From the NCBI GenBank assembly GCA_040879435.1, contig JBBDKG010000013.1, forward strand, positions 18,271 to 82,270: 64,000 nt of DNA, written 5' to 3'. The stretch is from Minisyncoccota bacterium. Its GTDB lineage: Bacteria; Patescibacteriota; Minisyncoccia; Phycocordibacterales; UBA918. This document shows positions 44,604-54,248 of this stretch, in pieces. The translations under genes and the position numbers were made by a program. The notes below the pieces were generated by a model. That model worked only from the letters and a program-made list of their open reading frames with translations. It had not been told where the DNA came from and made no database searches. The stretch's first letter is position 1. Each line of letters begins with the position of its first letter.

Positions 44604-45011
44604 ATGACCTCCCTTTTTTCAAAGATCGTCAAGCGTGAGATCCCCGCACACATCGTGTATGAGGACGACGTGTGTATTGTTATTCTTGATAAGTTCCCCT
44701 CTATCAAAGGTCAGTCGCTCGTCATTCCGAAGGCCGAGGTCGACTACGCGTTCGATCTTCCGGACGATATCTACCACCACCTGTTCGATATCGCCAAAAT
44801 GGTAGCCCACGCACTCGACACCACGTTCGACACCGAACGCACTTGTCTTATTGTCGAAGGATTCGAAGTGCCACACGTGCATATCAAGCTCTACCCGGTG
44901 CCGAAGGGTACAGCAGCCCTTGGTCCCCTTCTCACACAAGGCAGCGAAGCACCCGACGAAGAGCTTGCTGCCACAGCCGCAGAACTCAGGACTGCTATTA
45001 CTCGCGTGTAG
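44604..45011 (+). CDS. HIT-family (histidine triad) protein
   Basis: The product begins MTSLFSKIVKREIPAHIVYEDD and contains VPHVHIKLYP (a histidine-triad variant). Confidence 0.8.
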   Translation: MTSLFSKIVKREIPAHIVYEDDVCIVILDKFPSIKGQSLVIPKAEVDYAFDLPDDIYHHLFDIAKMVAHALDTTFDTERTCLIVEGFEVPHVHIKLYPVPKGTAALGPLLTQGSEAPDEELAATAAELRTAITRV

Positions 45012-46128
45012 TTATCGCCTCAATACCCGGCAGGGTACCGGTCTCAAGGAACGTGAGCATGGCGCCACCGGCGGTCGAGAGGAACCCGAACCTATCCTCA
45101 AGACAAAGTGACTCGATCGATGCGATGGTGTCACCGCCGCCGACGACCGAGTGTGTCGGTGCGGCAGCTATCTTCTCTGCAAGCCGTTCCGTTGCGGTCG
45201 AGAACCCGTCCTGGTAGTACCCAAGCGGTCCGTTCCAGAGGATCGTCCGTGCGGCAGCGACATAGCTTTCGAGCATATCAATGGTCTTCGGTCCGGCGTC
45301 CATTATTTTCTCCTCCGGCTTCACTGCGTCAGGCGTCGTCACCCGTATGTATGCATCGGTCTTCACGGTCACATCGACCGGCAGCAACAGATTCGGCGCG
45401 GACAGTATCGGACTACCCGACAGGTCAGCTTCCGAGATGAGTGATGTTCCTATTTCATACCCCTTCGCCCGCCAGATGTCGTGTGCGAGTGCGCCACCGA
45501 CGAACACATGGTCGTACGTCGCAAGATACTGCTCAACGAGCGGCAGTTTGGTTTCGAACTTCGCCCCGCCGAGCACGAGGAGCGACGGTGCGAGTGGTTC
45601 GAACATTGCCGAAAGCGCTTCGTACTCGGCACAGAACGTGACGCCGGCGTATGAGGGCAGCAGTTCCGGTACACCAACAATGGATGCATGCGAACGGTGC
45701 GACGCCGCGAATGCGTCATTTATATAGATACCAGCGAGTGAGGCGAGTGCTTTTGCAAATGCAGGGTCATTTGCTTTCTCCCCCTCGTGCTGCCGGAGGT
45801 TCTCAAGCAGGAGTACGTCGCCGTCTTCGAGATCGTTGCGCGCCTTCACCACAGCAGGACCGGTCGTCTCACCACACCACGCAAGCGGCAGCATGTCAGA
45901 GAGCGCTTCATACACCGGACGGAGCGTTTCCTCCGGTTCACGTCCGATGTGTCCGACCATGATCGTGCGTGCACCGTGCGCACGCAGGAATTCCACTGTA
46001 CGTACAGTCCGCGTCAGACGGAAGCGATTCGTCACCTGACCGTCGACGACCGGCACATTCAGCGATGCGCGAAGCAATACATATTTCCCTGCAAGGTCAC
46101 CTGCAGAAGTGATGTCAGGAAGGTTCAT
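44998..46128 (-). CDS. pgk: phosphoglycerate kinase
   Basis: MNLPDITSAGDLAGKYVLLRASLNVPV...; the ORF track over-extends the N-terminus, and ATG 46126-46128 is preferred. Confidence 0.95.
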   Translation of the reverse strand: MNLPDITSAGDLAGKYVLLRASLNVPVVDGQVTNRFRLTRTVRTVEFLRAHGARTIMVGHIGREPEETLRPVYEALSDMLPLAWCGETTGPAVVKARNDLEDGDVLLLENLRQHEGEKANDPAFAKALASLAGIYINDAFAASHRSHASIVGVPELLPSYAGVTFCAEYEALSAMFEPLAPSLLVLGGAKFETKLPLVEQYLATYDHVFVGGALAHDIWRAKGYEIGTSLISEADLSGSPILSAPNLLLPVDVTVKTDAYIRVTTPDAVKPEEKIMDAGPKTIDMLESYVAAARTILWNGPLGYYQDGFSTATERLAEKIAAAPTHSVVGGGDTIASIESLCLEDRFGFLSTAGGAMLTFLETGTLPGIEAITTRE

Positions 46129-46147
46129 AGAAAAAACGAACACGCTG

Positions 46148-46930
46148 CTACTTCCGGGTATGTTCCCGTGCACACGCGATAATGCCGGCAAACTCAGTTG
46201 CGCGGAGACTCGCGCCGCCAACGAGGAATCCGTCCACCTGTCCCTCGGCAAGCAGCTCGGTGGCATTGTACTTGGTGACCGAACCGCCGTAGAGGACCCG
46301 TACCTTGGCAGCCGGTGTACGACCAAAGAGATCGGTGAGCACTTTCTGGATAAAAAGTTTCATTTCGTACACATCCGCCGGCGCCGGGGTCTTGCCCGAC
46401 CCGACCGCCCACACCGGCTCGTATGCGATGGTGACGTATGAGAATGCTGCTGGATCGAGTCCTTTGAGTGCCGCTGTGAGTTGCGCCTCTACCGTATTGA
46501 AATACCCTCCCTGTTTATCCCGTGACGATTCGCCAACACATACAATGGCACTCATCTTATTCCCTACCACCTGCAATACATCCTTGTATATCTCTGCATC
46601 ACTCTCGCCGAGCGCACGACGCTCTGAGTGACCGAGAATGATGAACCGTGTTCCAACACTCTTGAGCATCGACACCGATACTTCACCGGTGAACGCGCCA
46701 CCGGACTCGTAGAACACATCTTGTGCACCGAGGGTAACGCGGCCGGAAGGAGACAGTGCAGCCAGTGGCGCAATGTATGGAAATGGCGGTGCGACCACGA
46801 CCCGCACTGCCGTTGGACGCGTACCGAGACGGTCCTGAATATCGTGAAAGAGTTTCCGCGCATTACCGATCGTCGGCGGGTTCATTTTCCAGTTTCCCAC
46901 AACCAGCAGTTCACGTTTTTTTGTTGGCAT
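46148..46930 (-). CDS. tpiA: triosephosphate isomerase
   Basis: The product begins MPTKKRELLVVGNWKMN and contains IAYEPVWAVGSG. Confidence 0.92.
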   Translation of the reverse strand: MPTKKRELLVVGNWKMNPPTIGNARKLFHDIQDRLGTRPTAVRVVVAPPFPYIAPLAALSPSGRVTLGAQDVFYESGGAFTGEVSVSMLKSVGTRFIILGHSERRALGESDAEIYKDVLQVVGNKMSAIVCVGESSRDKQGGYFNTVEAQLTAALKGLDPAAFSYVTIAYEPVWAVGSGKTPAPADVYEMKLFIQKVLTDLFGRTPAAKVRVLYGGSVTKYNATELLAEGQVDGFLVGGASLRATEFAGIIACAREHTRK

Positions 46931-46983
46931 AGTGCAATTGTACCGCATCACCCCCGATTCACCAGTTTCACCACCGCACGTCA

Positions 46984-48447
46984 CTACTCCACCTCCCGCC
47001 ACTCGATGAACTCATACGAATCAGAAGTGTCTGGCGTAAGCGGCGGTGGATTGCTGACCAGGTCACGGTCATATGAGTTATACCGCGTATCGAACCCCGA
47101 GATGAACGTACCACCTGACGACCACTTGCTCCCCACACGACCATTGGAAACGATAGTGCCGTTCACCGTGAGCGTGTCACGGTAGATGTACTCTTCAAAG
47201 AGAGTGTCGTAGTTAACACACCAGAACCAGAACCACTCCACACACTCGGACGGGAGCCTGTTGGCCGCATAGTGATTGCGGCCGAACCGGCCATTCTGTG
47301 CCACGAAGATACCGTTCACGGTCATGTCGTCGGGCACCACCAATCCGAGCAACACATCGTTCTCCGCGACCGCAAGCAGTCCCGAATCCTCGTTGGCATA
47401 GGTGATGTTGTCATTGAGAATGATCGACGGATTCACACCGGTCGAGTCGAGGTCCGCAGCAACGATCGTCACCCGTCCGTTCACCGTTCCCTCAAGCCAC
47501 ACCTTGTCCTCAACAAACAGTACCGCGCAGTCGTCCGGAATATCATATGTACCCACCGGATCATCATCCTCGATCACATGCCGCTCGTACTGCCAGCCGC
47601 CTTCGGTCGTGTATCCGTAGTAGTTATAGGTGCTGTCAACGTCGAAGAGACTGACCGTGCCGTCGCTATTGAATCGAACGCGATATCCGTAGTGTCCTGA
47701 TGGCGCGATGTAGAGTCCGCCGCCGTTCTGGGCCTTGTCCTGCATGGTCGCCAGATCGACCGTAATGCCGGTGAAACTGATCGGTGGCTGCGGAAAGACC
47801 CAAAGGTCGCTCCCGGTTCCGTCTCCATAGACCGCATCCACAATGTCGCCTTCATCGTCCGGATCACACGGAATCGAACCATCACACTCCCAGTCCTCCT
47901 GACCACTTGATACGATCGAGTTGTTGGTACCGTCCATACGAATGACCCCGTTACTATGGTACGGGCCGATGATGGTACGGTCAGGACCTGCCCAGACGTT
48001 CGCATTGATGATGTATGCATACTCGGCGACCGTCGGGCGCATGTATCGGGCATACACTGTCCGTGTACTGTCCGGCTCCCCGTCCACTATACCGGTCGAT
48101 TCGATCTCGATCGATGTGATGTCGCCACAGAGATTCGTACCCGAGACAGAGAGCGAGTACTCCCCGACCACATCACCTTCTGAGTCCTCATACTCCTTGA
48201 TGTATGGTCCCTCCTCGCCAGTGCCGTTAGTGAGGTCGTTCGGGTTGTGCGCAAGATACCATTTATAGTAGCTGAGACCTGCCTCAGCGATTGCAAGCGC
48301 CTGCTCCTCATGCTTCTTCATCTCCTGCACCTGCGACTGGTTGATGACGAATCCCATGAACGCCACAAGCATCAGAAAGAATACTGCACCGAAGATCAAT
48401 ACCAGTACTGCAAGGAAGCCATGTTGCTTTGATGTGTGTGATCTCAT
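46984..48447 (-). CDS. pilus-associated / pseudopilin-like protein (noncanonical N-terminal hydrophobic segment)
   Basis: MRSHTSKQHGFLAVLVLIFGAVFFLMLVAF; it is the last gene of the pilB-pilC-prepilin operon. Confidence 0.45.
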   Translation of the reverse strand: MRSHTSKQHGFLAVLVLIFGAVFFLMLVAFMGFVINQSQVQEMKKHEEQALAIAEAGLSYYKWYLAHNPNDLTNGTGEEGPYIKEYEDSEGDVVGEYSLSVSGTNLCGDITSIEIESTGIVDGEPDSTRTVYARYMRPTVAEYAYIINANVWAGPDRTIIGPYHSNGVIRMDGTNNSIVSSGQEDWECDGSIPCDPDDEGDIVDAVYGDGTGSDLWVFPQPPISFTGITVDLATMQDKAQNGGGLYIAPSGHYGYRVRFNSDGTVSLFDVDSTYNYYGYTTEGGWQYERHVIEDDDPVGTYDIPDDCAVLFVEDKVWLEGTVNGRVTIVAADLDSTGVNPSIILNDNITYANEDSGLLAVAENDVLLGLVVPDDMTVNGIFVAQNGRFGRNHYAANRLPSECVEWFWFWCVNYDTLFEEYIYRDTLTVNGTIVSNGRVGSKWSSGGTFISGFDTRYNSYDRDLVSNPPPLTPDTSDSYEFIEWREVE

Positions 48448-49067
48448 AGGGACTCTTTCAGGTTACGCAGCGAGGCACTCGACCGCAGCATGAACTCTCC
48501 TGGATCACGCACCGGATCGATGTTGACGATGAGATGCACGTCAACATAGCGGACGTCAGTGACAGTCCCCGATGGCGCAAGGACTGCTCCGTCACCGTCA
48601 TAATAGGTGAAGATCGGAAGGTCCTGCAGACCATTCTGTACGTACTCGGAAATGGTGATGGTCTCGTCTTCCGTATCATCATACTCCGGCGGCGATCCGG
48701 TTGCATTGTATATCCGCTTATACAGCGTGGTGTCGGTAAGCTCATACTCGACAAGCTCGACACTGAAGTCACGGTCGATATCACTATAGAAACTCACGCT
48801 CGAGGTACCCATCGCAACCAGCGGGAACGCCCCATTATCAGCAAAGGTCATCTCACGCATGTCGCGCACCAGAAGTTCCACACCACGCCGCGCATGTTCG
48901 ACCTGATACGACTGCGCGACCGTGTACGCATTGTATCGGTAGAACGATGCGATCGCATTGAAGATCACGAGACTGATGACCGAGAACAGGGTAAGGACCA
49001 CGAGCATTTCCGCGAACGAAAAGCCGCGGTTTCGGTGTATATGCGATGATCGTCTAGTGTATTTCAT
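48444..49067 (-). CDS. prepilin-type N-terminal cleavage/methylation domain protein (minor pilin)
   Basis: The N-terminus reads RGFSFAEMLVVLTLFSVISL, a class III signal peptide (G/FxxxE). Confidence 0.7.
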   Translation of the reverse strand: MKYTRRSSHIHRNRGFSFAEMLVVLTLFSVISLVIFNAIASFYRYNAYTVAQSYQVEHARRGVELLVRDMREMTFADNGAFPLVAMGTSSVSFYSDIDRDFSVELVEYELTDTTLYKRIYNATGSPPEYDDTEDETITISEYVQNGLQDLPIFTYYDGDGAVLAPSGTVTDVRYVDVHLIVNIDPVRDPGEFMLRSSASLRNLKESL

Positions 49068-49075
49068 ACTGCAAC

Positions 49076-50836
49076 TTATTCGAGGTTCAGCTCAACGGTC
49101 ATCTGCGTCTGGCCGCTGATCGGAACACTGTTCTCCACATACTCACCATACCCCGCTGTGGTGACGGTCACGGTGTATGTGTCTGCGGACAGTCCACCGA
49201 AGAACACCTGCCCGTAGGTGCCGGTCGTAGCGGTCTCACTGAACCCATCACCGGCGAGCACCACTTCAGCACCAGAGATCAGGCTTCCGTCCGCATCGAC
49301 CACCGACACATGGAGCGAGTGTGCGGTGTGTGTATCGAGCGTGAACACCAACTCATCCGCGACACCGGGCTCAAGCGTGTACGGAAGGAGTCCTTCGACC
49401 TCAACGATATCGTACCCTTCAGCGGCTCCGTCCACGGTGATCGTATAGAGATCCCATTCGAGTCCGGACAACTGTACCTCTCCCGATCCGTCGGTCGTGA
49501 CCGCGTTCTCATACTTCAGTACCGGCGACCCACCGTGTTCTCCGATGGTCTTGTTGCCGATTATATCGAACGTCACGTCAGAAAGCGGCGTGCGTTCAGT
49601 GACATGGGTGATGCTCCACGAGTCGAGGCTCGGTGTCTCATTAGGGTCGGACGAGGTGAGCGTTGCACCAAGCGCAAGCCGCGGATACGTTGCTGTCGAT
49701 ACTCCCTCTATATCCACCGGTCCGTCCGAAAATCCCGTGCTGTTTTGCGGCAGCACTGCGTCCGGGATGAGCGTGTAGCTTGTACTGGTACCGCTTCCCG
49801 TGACGCTATACAGGTGAACAGTGAATGCTGTATTCGGCGTGGTCGACCCCACGAGGTCGAACGTATCCCATGAATCAAGTAACGACGGCTCGCTCGTGAG
49901 CGAGTACGCTTCGCCGGACGCACTATAGGTTCCGGCGCTACCGGAAAGGACAAGTGCGCCACCGCTCGTTGTGACGTCAGACGCGTTCACCACACCGCTC
50001 ATATCATCGAACGTATCTTCGTACGTTTCCGTCTGCGGCGGCGTGAAGGCGGTGATCAAGAGCGAGCTCAACGCATCGATCGCAAAATTGACGGTCGAGA
50101 CGGTGCCGGTGAGCACCGAGACATGCGGCGGGTTCGGACTCGAATTGGTCGGCGTACTGCTGTATGTCTGGTCGGTCGAGTATCCCGCTTTGGTTGCAGT
50201 GATCTGGTATCCCGAGAGTGGGGGCGCTCCGGGAAAGTTCGCAATACCGTTCGCGTTCGTCTGTACGGTCACATCGATCGTTGATGTACCGGTATCGTTG
50301 AACACGCGTACGTTTGCATCTGCTACCGGCTGCACGTTCGCGTCAAACACATTGATGAACAGTGTACCGCCACCAGTTGTGGACTCGATACCATTCGGGA
50401 TGATATCGGTCGCAAGCGCAAGCGACTCCTCACTACCCCGCAATACCCAAGAATATTCCACCTTCACCGTCTTGCTGTCCTCCGTGACACCATTCTCATC
50501 GTCGATGCCGAATCCGTCCTCTGGGCGGTCGAGATACTGCACAAGGATACGCTCAGTGTATGTGATGCCATTTAGGGTCGTGGTCGCTGTTTGGGGTAGC
50601 GGCCCGTCCGGGATACCGCCCGTGGTCCCCACACTGTCGTACGGTAGCGACCGGATGTATTCAAGCTTGGCGATCGCGAGCGAGCGCGCACCTGACTCAG
50701 CCTTTGATGTACCGATCAACTCGACCATGACCCGTACGCCGGCGAACAATCCACTGAACATGAGCGTCACCAGTGCAGACACCACGATGACCTCAACGAG
50801 TGAGAAGCCGCGTGTCTGGTGTCTGCATACATGCAT
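49076..50836 (-). CDS. large prepilin-type protein with Ig-like/carboxypeptidase-regulatory-like repeats
   Basis: The N-terminus reads TRGFSLVEVIVVSALVTLMF; the 586 aa product is Thr/Ser-rich. Confidence 0.65.
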   Translation of the reverse strand: MHVCRHQTRGFSLVEVIVVSALVTLMFSGLFAGVRVMVELIGTSKAESGARSLAIAKLEYIRSLPYDSVGTTGGIPDGPLPQTATTTLNGITYTERILVQYLDRPEDGFGIDDENGVTEDSKTVKVEYSWVLRGSEESLALATDIIPNGIESTTGGGTLFINVFDANVQPVADANVRVFNDTGTSTIDVTVQTNANGIANFPGAPPLSGYQITATKAGYSTDQTYSSTPTNSSPNPPHVSVLTGTVSTVNFAIDALSSLLITAFTPPQTETYEDTFDDMSGVVNASDVTTSGGALVLSGSAGTYSASGEAYSLTSEPSLLDSWDTFDLVGSTTPNTAFTVHLYSVTGSGTSTSYTLIPDAVLPQNSTGFSDGPVDIEGVSTATYPRLALGATLTSSDPNETPSLDSWSITHVTERTPLSDVTFDIIGNKTIGEHGGSPVLKYENAVTTDGSGEVQLSGLEWDLYTITVDGAAEGYDIVEVEGLLPYTLEPGVADELVFTLDTHTAHSLHVSVVDADGSLISGAEVVLAGDGFSETATTGTYGQVFFGGLSADTYTVTVTTAGYGEYVENSVPISGQTQMTVELNLE

Positions 50837-50840
50837 ATTG

Positions 50841-52067
50841 TTATATGCTATCGGAGATCGAGTAGATCGGTGCGATCATCGCGAGTGCGAAGAACCCGAC
50901 CGTACCGCCGATCACCACCATCAGGACCGGTTCGATGATAGTGGAGAGGTCTTTGGTCTTCTGCTCGACCTCCTGTTCGTAAAAGTCGGCAAGTTGCGTG
51001 AGCATGCGCGAGATAAGGCCAGTCTCCTCCCCCACAAGGATCATCTCACCAACGAACACCGGATAGAGGTCCACACGCGCAATGAAGGCCTCTGAGAGTG
51101 GTGACCCTTTTTCGACCTTTTTCGCCGCTTCGCGAATGACTGGTTTGTAGTAGACGTTCTGAATCACCTCCTCGGTAATGTTGAGTGCGCGAATGACATC
51201 AACACCAGAAGTGAGGAGTGACGAGAGCGTGCGCGCGGTGCGGGCCGCATTCGTCTCCCTCACCATCGTACCGATCACCGGAAGTTTCAAAATGACGTAG
51301 TGAAAGATGCGCTTCCCGATGCGCGTACGGAGCGAGTAGATGAACCCTGCGACCGCACTGATCATACCGAGGATCACCAAGAGCGTGTGTGCGACCATGA
51401 AATCGGATGTTGCAATGAGCACCTCGGTCATAACCGGTAGGTCGACCTCCAGTTTCTTGAACGTCCCGGTGATGGACGGCATCACGTAGATCATCATAAG
51501 GATACCGATAATGACCATGATGATAAGGACGATCGACGGATAGATCATCGCCCCGCGGATCTTCTTTTTGAGCGTGGACGTCCGCTCCATCTGCACGCCG
51601 AGTACCTGCAGCGCCTCGGCCATACTGCCCCCCTCCTCTCCCGCGTGTACCATCGCGACATACAGATCATCGAACACCTCAGGGTGTGCTTCAAGTGACT
51701 GGTAGAAAGAATCACCTTTTTGGATCCGCGCCTCAAGGTCGCGCACCACTCTCTTCAATTTCGGGTTGCTGCTCTGCCGCTCGATCACCGTGAGCGCCCG
51801 CGAGAGCGGGAGCCCTGCTGTGATCATGGAGCTGAGGTTGCGGGTGAACATCACCAGGTCGTCATTTGAGACACGGCTGATGAATGCATTGATACGCTCC
51901 ATATTCATCAGCTTCTTCAGCGAGAACTTCCGCTCAGCGGCGACCGAAGTGACCGTATGTCCTTCTGTACGTGCCCGGTCGTAGACCGCAAAGCGGTCCT
52001 TCGCCTCGACGGTATTGGTGACCGCCTCCCCGCTCGCGTCTGTTCCTTTATAGGTAAATTTTGGCAT
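50841..52067 (-). CDS. pilC: type IV pilus assembly platform protein PilC (GspF family)
   Basis: Two GspF repeats, three TM helices and a conserved N-terminal region (MPKFTYKGTDASGE). Confidence 0.9.
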   Translation of the reverse strand: MPKFTYKGTDASGEAVTNTVEAKDRFAVYDRARTEGHTVTSVAAERKFSLKKLMNMERINAFISRVSNDDLVMFTRNLSSMITAGLPLSRALTVIERQSSNPKLKRVVRDLEARIQKGDSFYQSLEAHPEVFDDLYVAMVHAGEEGGSMAEALQVLGVQMERTSTLKKKIRGAMIYPSIVLIIMVIIGILMMIYVMPSITGTFKKLEVDLPVMTEVLIATSDFMVAHTLLVILGMISAVAGFIYSLRTRIGKRIFHYVILKLPVIGTMVRETNAARTARTLSSLLTSGVDVIRALNITEEVIQNVYYKPVIREAAKKVEKGSPLSEAFIARVDLYPVFVGEMILVGEETGLISRMLTQLADFYEQEVEQKTKDLSTIIEPVLMVVIGGTVGFFALAMIAPIYSISDSI

Positions 52068-52078
52068 ACCGTATCCCG

Positions 52079-53830
52079 TTACTCATTAATGACCCGCAAC
52101 ACCTCCTCGATCGTGGTGACCCCCTGCGCCGCCTTGAAGATGCCGTCCTCAAGCATCGTGAGCATCCCCTCCTCTCGTGACTGTGCTTCAAGAGCATCCG
52201 CCGTAGCGTCCTTCGCGACCAGTTCCTTGATGGTCGGAGAGACCCGTAGCACTTCCTGGATGCCGACACGACCTTTGTATGCTTCCTCCTCCTTCCCTTC
52301 CTTCGGACGGTGGAACTCGATCGAGTTCCAGGTAACTCCTTTTTTGATCACACCCTCTTCAGCAAGCGCGTCGAGGACGCGGTCCATGTCCGCATGCTTG
52401 GCAAGTTTCGCCCGTTCGTTCGTTGAAAGTGTATAGGTCTCGCAATGTTCCTTCTCGATCTTCCGCACCAGCCGCTGTCCCACCGCCACACGGAGCGTCG
52501 AGACCAAGAGGAAAGACTCAACCCCCATGTCGAGCAGGCGAGCGACGGTCGCCGACGAGGAGTTTGTGTGCACGGTCGCAAGCACCAAGTGCCCGGTGAG
52601 TGCAGCGTTGATAGCAAGGCTCGCTGTTTCCTGGTCGCGGATCTCACCGACCATGATGATGTCCGGGTCCTGACGCATCAAGGAGCGGAGACCGGTCGCG
52701 AAGGTAAAGCCGATATCCGGTTTCACCTGCGTCTGGTTGATACGCGGCATCTGATACTCGATCGGGTCTTCGATCGTTGAAATATTCACTTCAGGCGTGT
52801 TCAGTAGATCGAGTATGGTATAGAGCGTGGTGGTCTTTCCCGAACCGGTCGGACCGGTCACGAGGATGATGCCGGTCGTCTGACGCATCGCGGTATGGAC
52901 ACGTTCAAGCGACTCACCGTGAAAGCCGACCCCCTCAAGGTTGAATCCTGAACGGTTCTCACGCAGGAGGCGCATCACGATCTTCTCCCCGAAGAAGATC
53001 GGAAGCACGGACACGCGGAACGAGACCTTCTGTCCATCCATCTCCATCTTGAACCGGCCGTCCTGCGGCAACCGCTTCTGGTCGAGTTTGAGGTTTGAGA
53101 GCACCTTGATACGCGCAGCAATGGTGTCTGACGCGTGCTTCGGAAGTGTCATCGCATCGTGCAGGATGCCGTCGATGCGGTACCGAACGAGTACCTGCTC
53201 CTCCATCGGCTCAATGTGGATATCAGATGCCCCTTGGATGATCGCATGGCGAAGGAGTGTGTCGACGATACGGACGACCGGCAGATCCTCGGCCATTTTC
53301 TTCAGGTCTGCCTCACTCACATCCTTCCCATCTTCGTTCTCGATGACCTTAAGCGACGACGACTCCTTCATAATGATGTCACCGAACTCGTCCTTGAGTG
53401 TCTTCTGGTACAGGCGGAGTGCCTCGCGCACTGATTCGGTGTCGGTGAGGCGCGGAAGGATCTTCAGTCCGACCTTCTTTTTGATGAAGTCGATCGCCGG
53501 TAGGTCAGCAGTATCGAGCATGGCGACCTCAAGTGCGTCATCGTGCTTCTTGAATGCGATGATGTTGTGGTTACGGGCGACTGGCTCCGGAATGAGTGAG
53601 AGTACCGCGAAATCGATCTTCTGACCCTTCAGGGACACGAACGGAATGCCGAGCACGTACGACTCGATACGTCGCATATCATCCTCACCCAGGTATCCCC
53701 CGGAGACAAGGGCTTCGGCAAGCGACCGTTTTTCCTTCTCTGCCGCCTGCTCGGCCACAGCAATATCCTTCTTCGCCACTAGACCCGCGTCGGTAATGAA
53801 TCGCTTCAATTGTTCATCTTGTATTCGCAT
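52079..53830 (-). CDS. pilB: type IV pilus assembly ATPase PilB (GspE family)
   Basis: Walker A (VTGPTGSGKTTTLY), a GspE N-domain and a tetracysteine-like C-terminal region; the start is ATG 53830 or GTG 53842. Confidence 0.9.
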   Translation of the reverse strand: MRIQDEQLKRFITDAGLVAKKDIAVAEQAAEKEKRSLAEALVSGGYLGEDDMRRIESYVLGIPFVSLKGQKIDFAVLSLIPEPVARNHNIIAFKKHDDALEVAMLDTADLPAIDFIKKKVGLKILPRLTDTESVREALRLYQKTLKDEFGDIIMKESSSLKVIENEDGKDVSEADLKKMAEDLPVVRIVDTLLRHAIIQGASDIHIEPMEEQVLVRYRIDGILHDAMTLPKHASDTIAARIKVLSNLKLDQKRLPQDGRFKMEMDGQKVSFRVSVLPIFFGEKIVMRLLRENRSGFNLEGVGFHGESLERVHTAMRQTTGIILVTGPTGSGKTTTLYTILDLLNTPEVNISTIEDPIEYQMPRINQTQVKPDIGFTFATGLRSLMRQDPDIIMVGEIRDQETASLAINAALTGHLVLATVHTNSSSATVARLLDMGVESFLLVSTLRVAVGQRLVRKIEKEHCETYTLSTNERAKLAKHADMDRVLDALAEEGVIKKGVTWNSIEFHRPKEGKEEEAYKGRVGIQEVLRVSPTIKELVAKDATADALEAQSREEGMLTMLEDGIFKAAQGVTTIEEVLRVINE

Positions 53831-53849
53831 AGAACGCACCACAAACCTG

Positions 53850-53863
53850 TGACCGATCGGTCA
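53850..53863. promoter_or_regulatory. perfect 14-bp palindrome tgaccgatcggtca immediately upstream of pilB (candidate operator)
   Basis: The palindrome lies 8-20 nt upstream of the pilB start. Confidence 0.3.
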
Positions 53864-53996
53864 GCTGTTTCTTTTATTATACCAGCAGCAGTACACGTTG
53901 CGTTGCGATAAGGTGTTGAAGACACGCACCATCCTCTCTTGCATAGATATCAGTACGGGTGTGGAATAGAGGTCGGCATGCACACGGGAGGTGAGG

Positions 53997-54155
53997 ATGC
54001 GCCAAAATGAGTTCTATCGATACGAGGGCGGTGAATTTCTTGAGGAGCAGGCACGAACGAAGCAGTTCCGCTGGAAGTGGGTGGTGATAGCGGGAGGCGT
54101 GGCATTGCTTGCGATCGTCGGTTCCAGTTTTGACTTCTTTCGTACTCCGGTGTAG
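53997..54155 (+). CDS. candidate small single-TM protein upstream of nusA
   Basis: gggaggtgaggATG; the product is MRQNEFYRYEGGEFLEEQARTKQFRWKWVVIAGGVALLAIVGSSFDFFRTPV. Confidence 0.3.
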   Translation: MRQNEFYRYEGGEFLEEQARTKQFRWKWVVIAGGVALLAIVGSSFDFFRTPV

Positions 54156-54248
54156 AGTACGCACATGACAGTAACGCTCGGCCTCTCGGCCGGGCGTTCC
54201 TTGTTACAAACGCTCAACTTTTATTACCATTCGATAAGTTTTAGTAAC

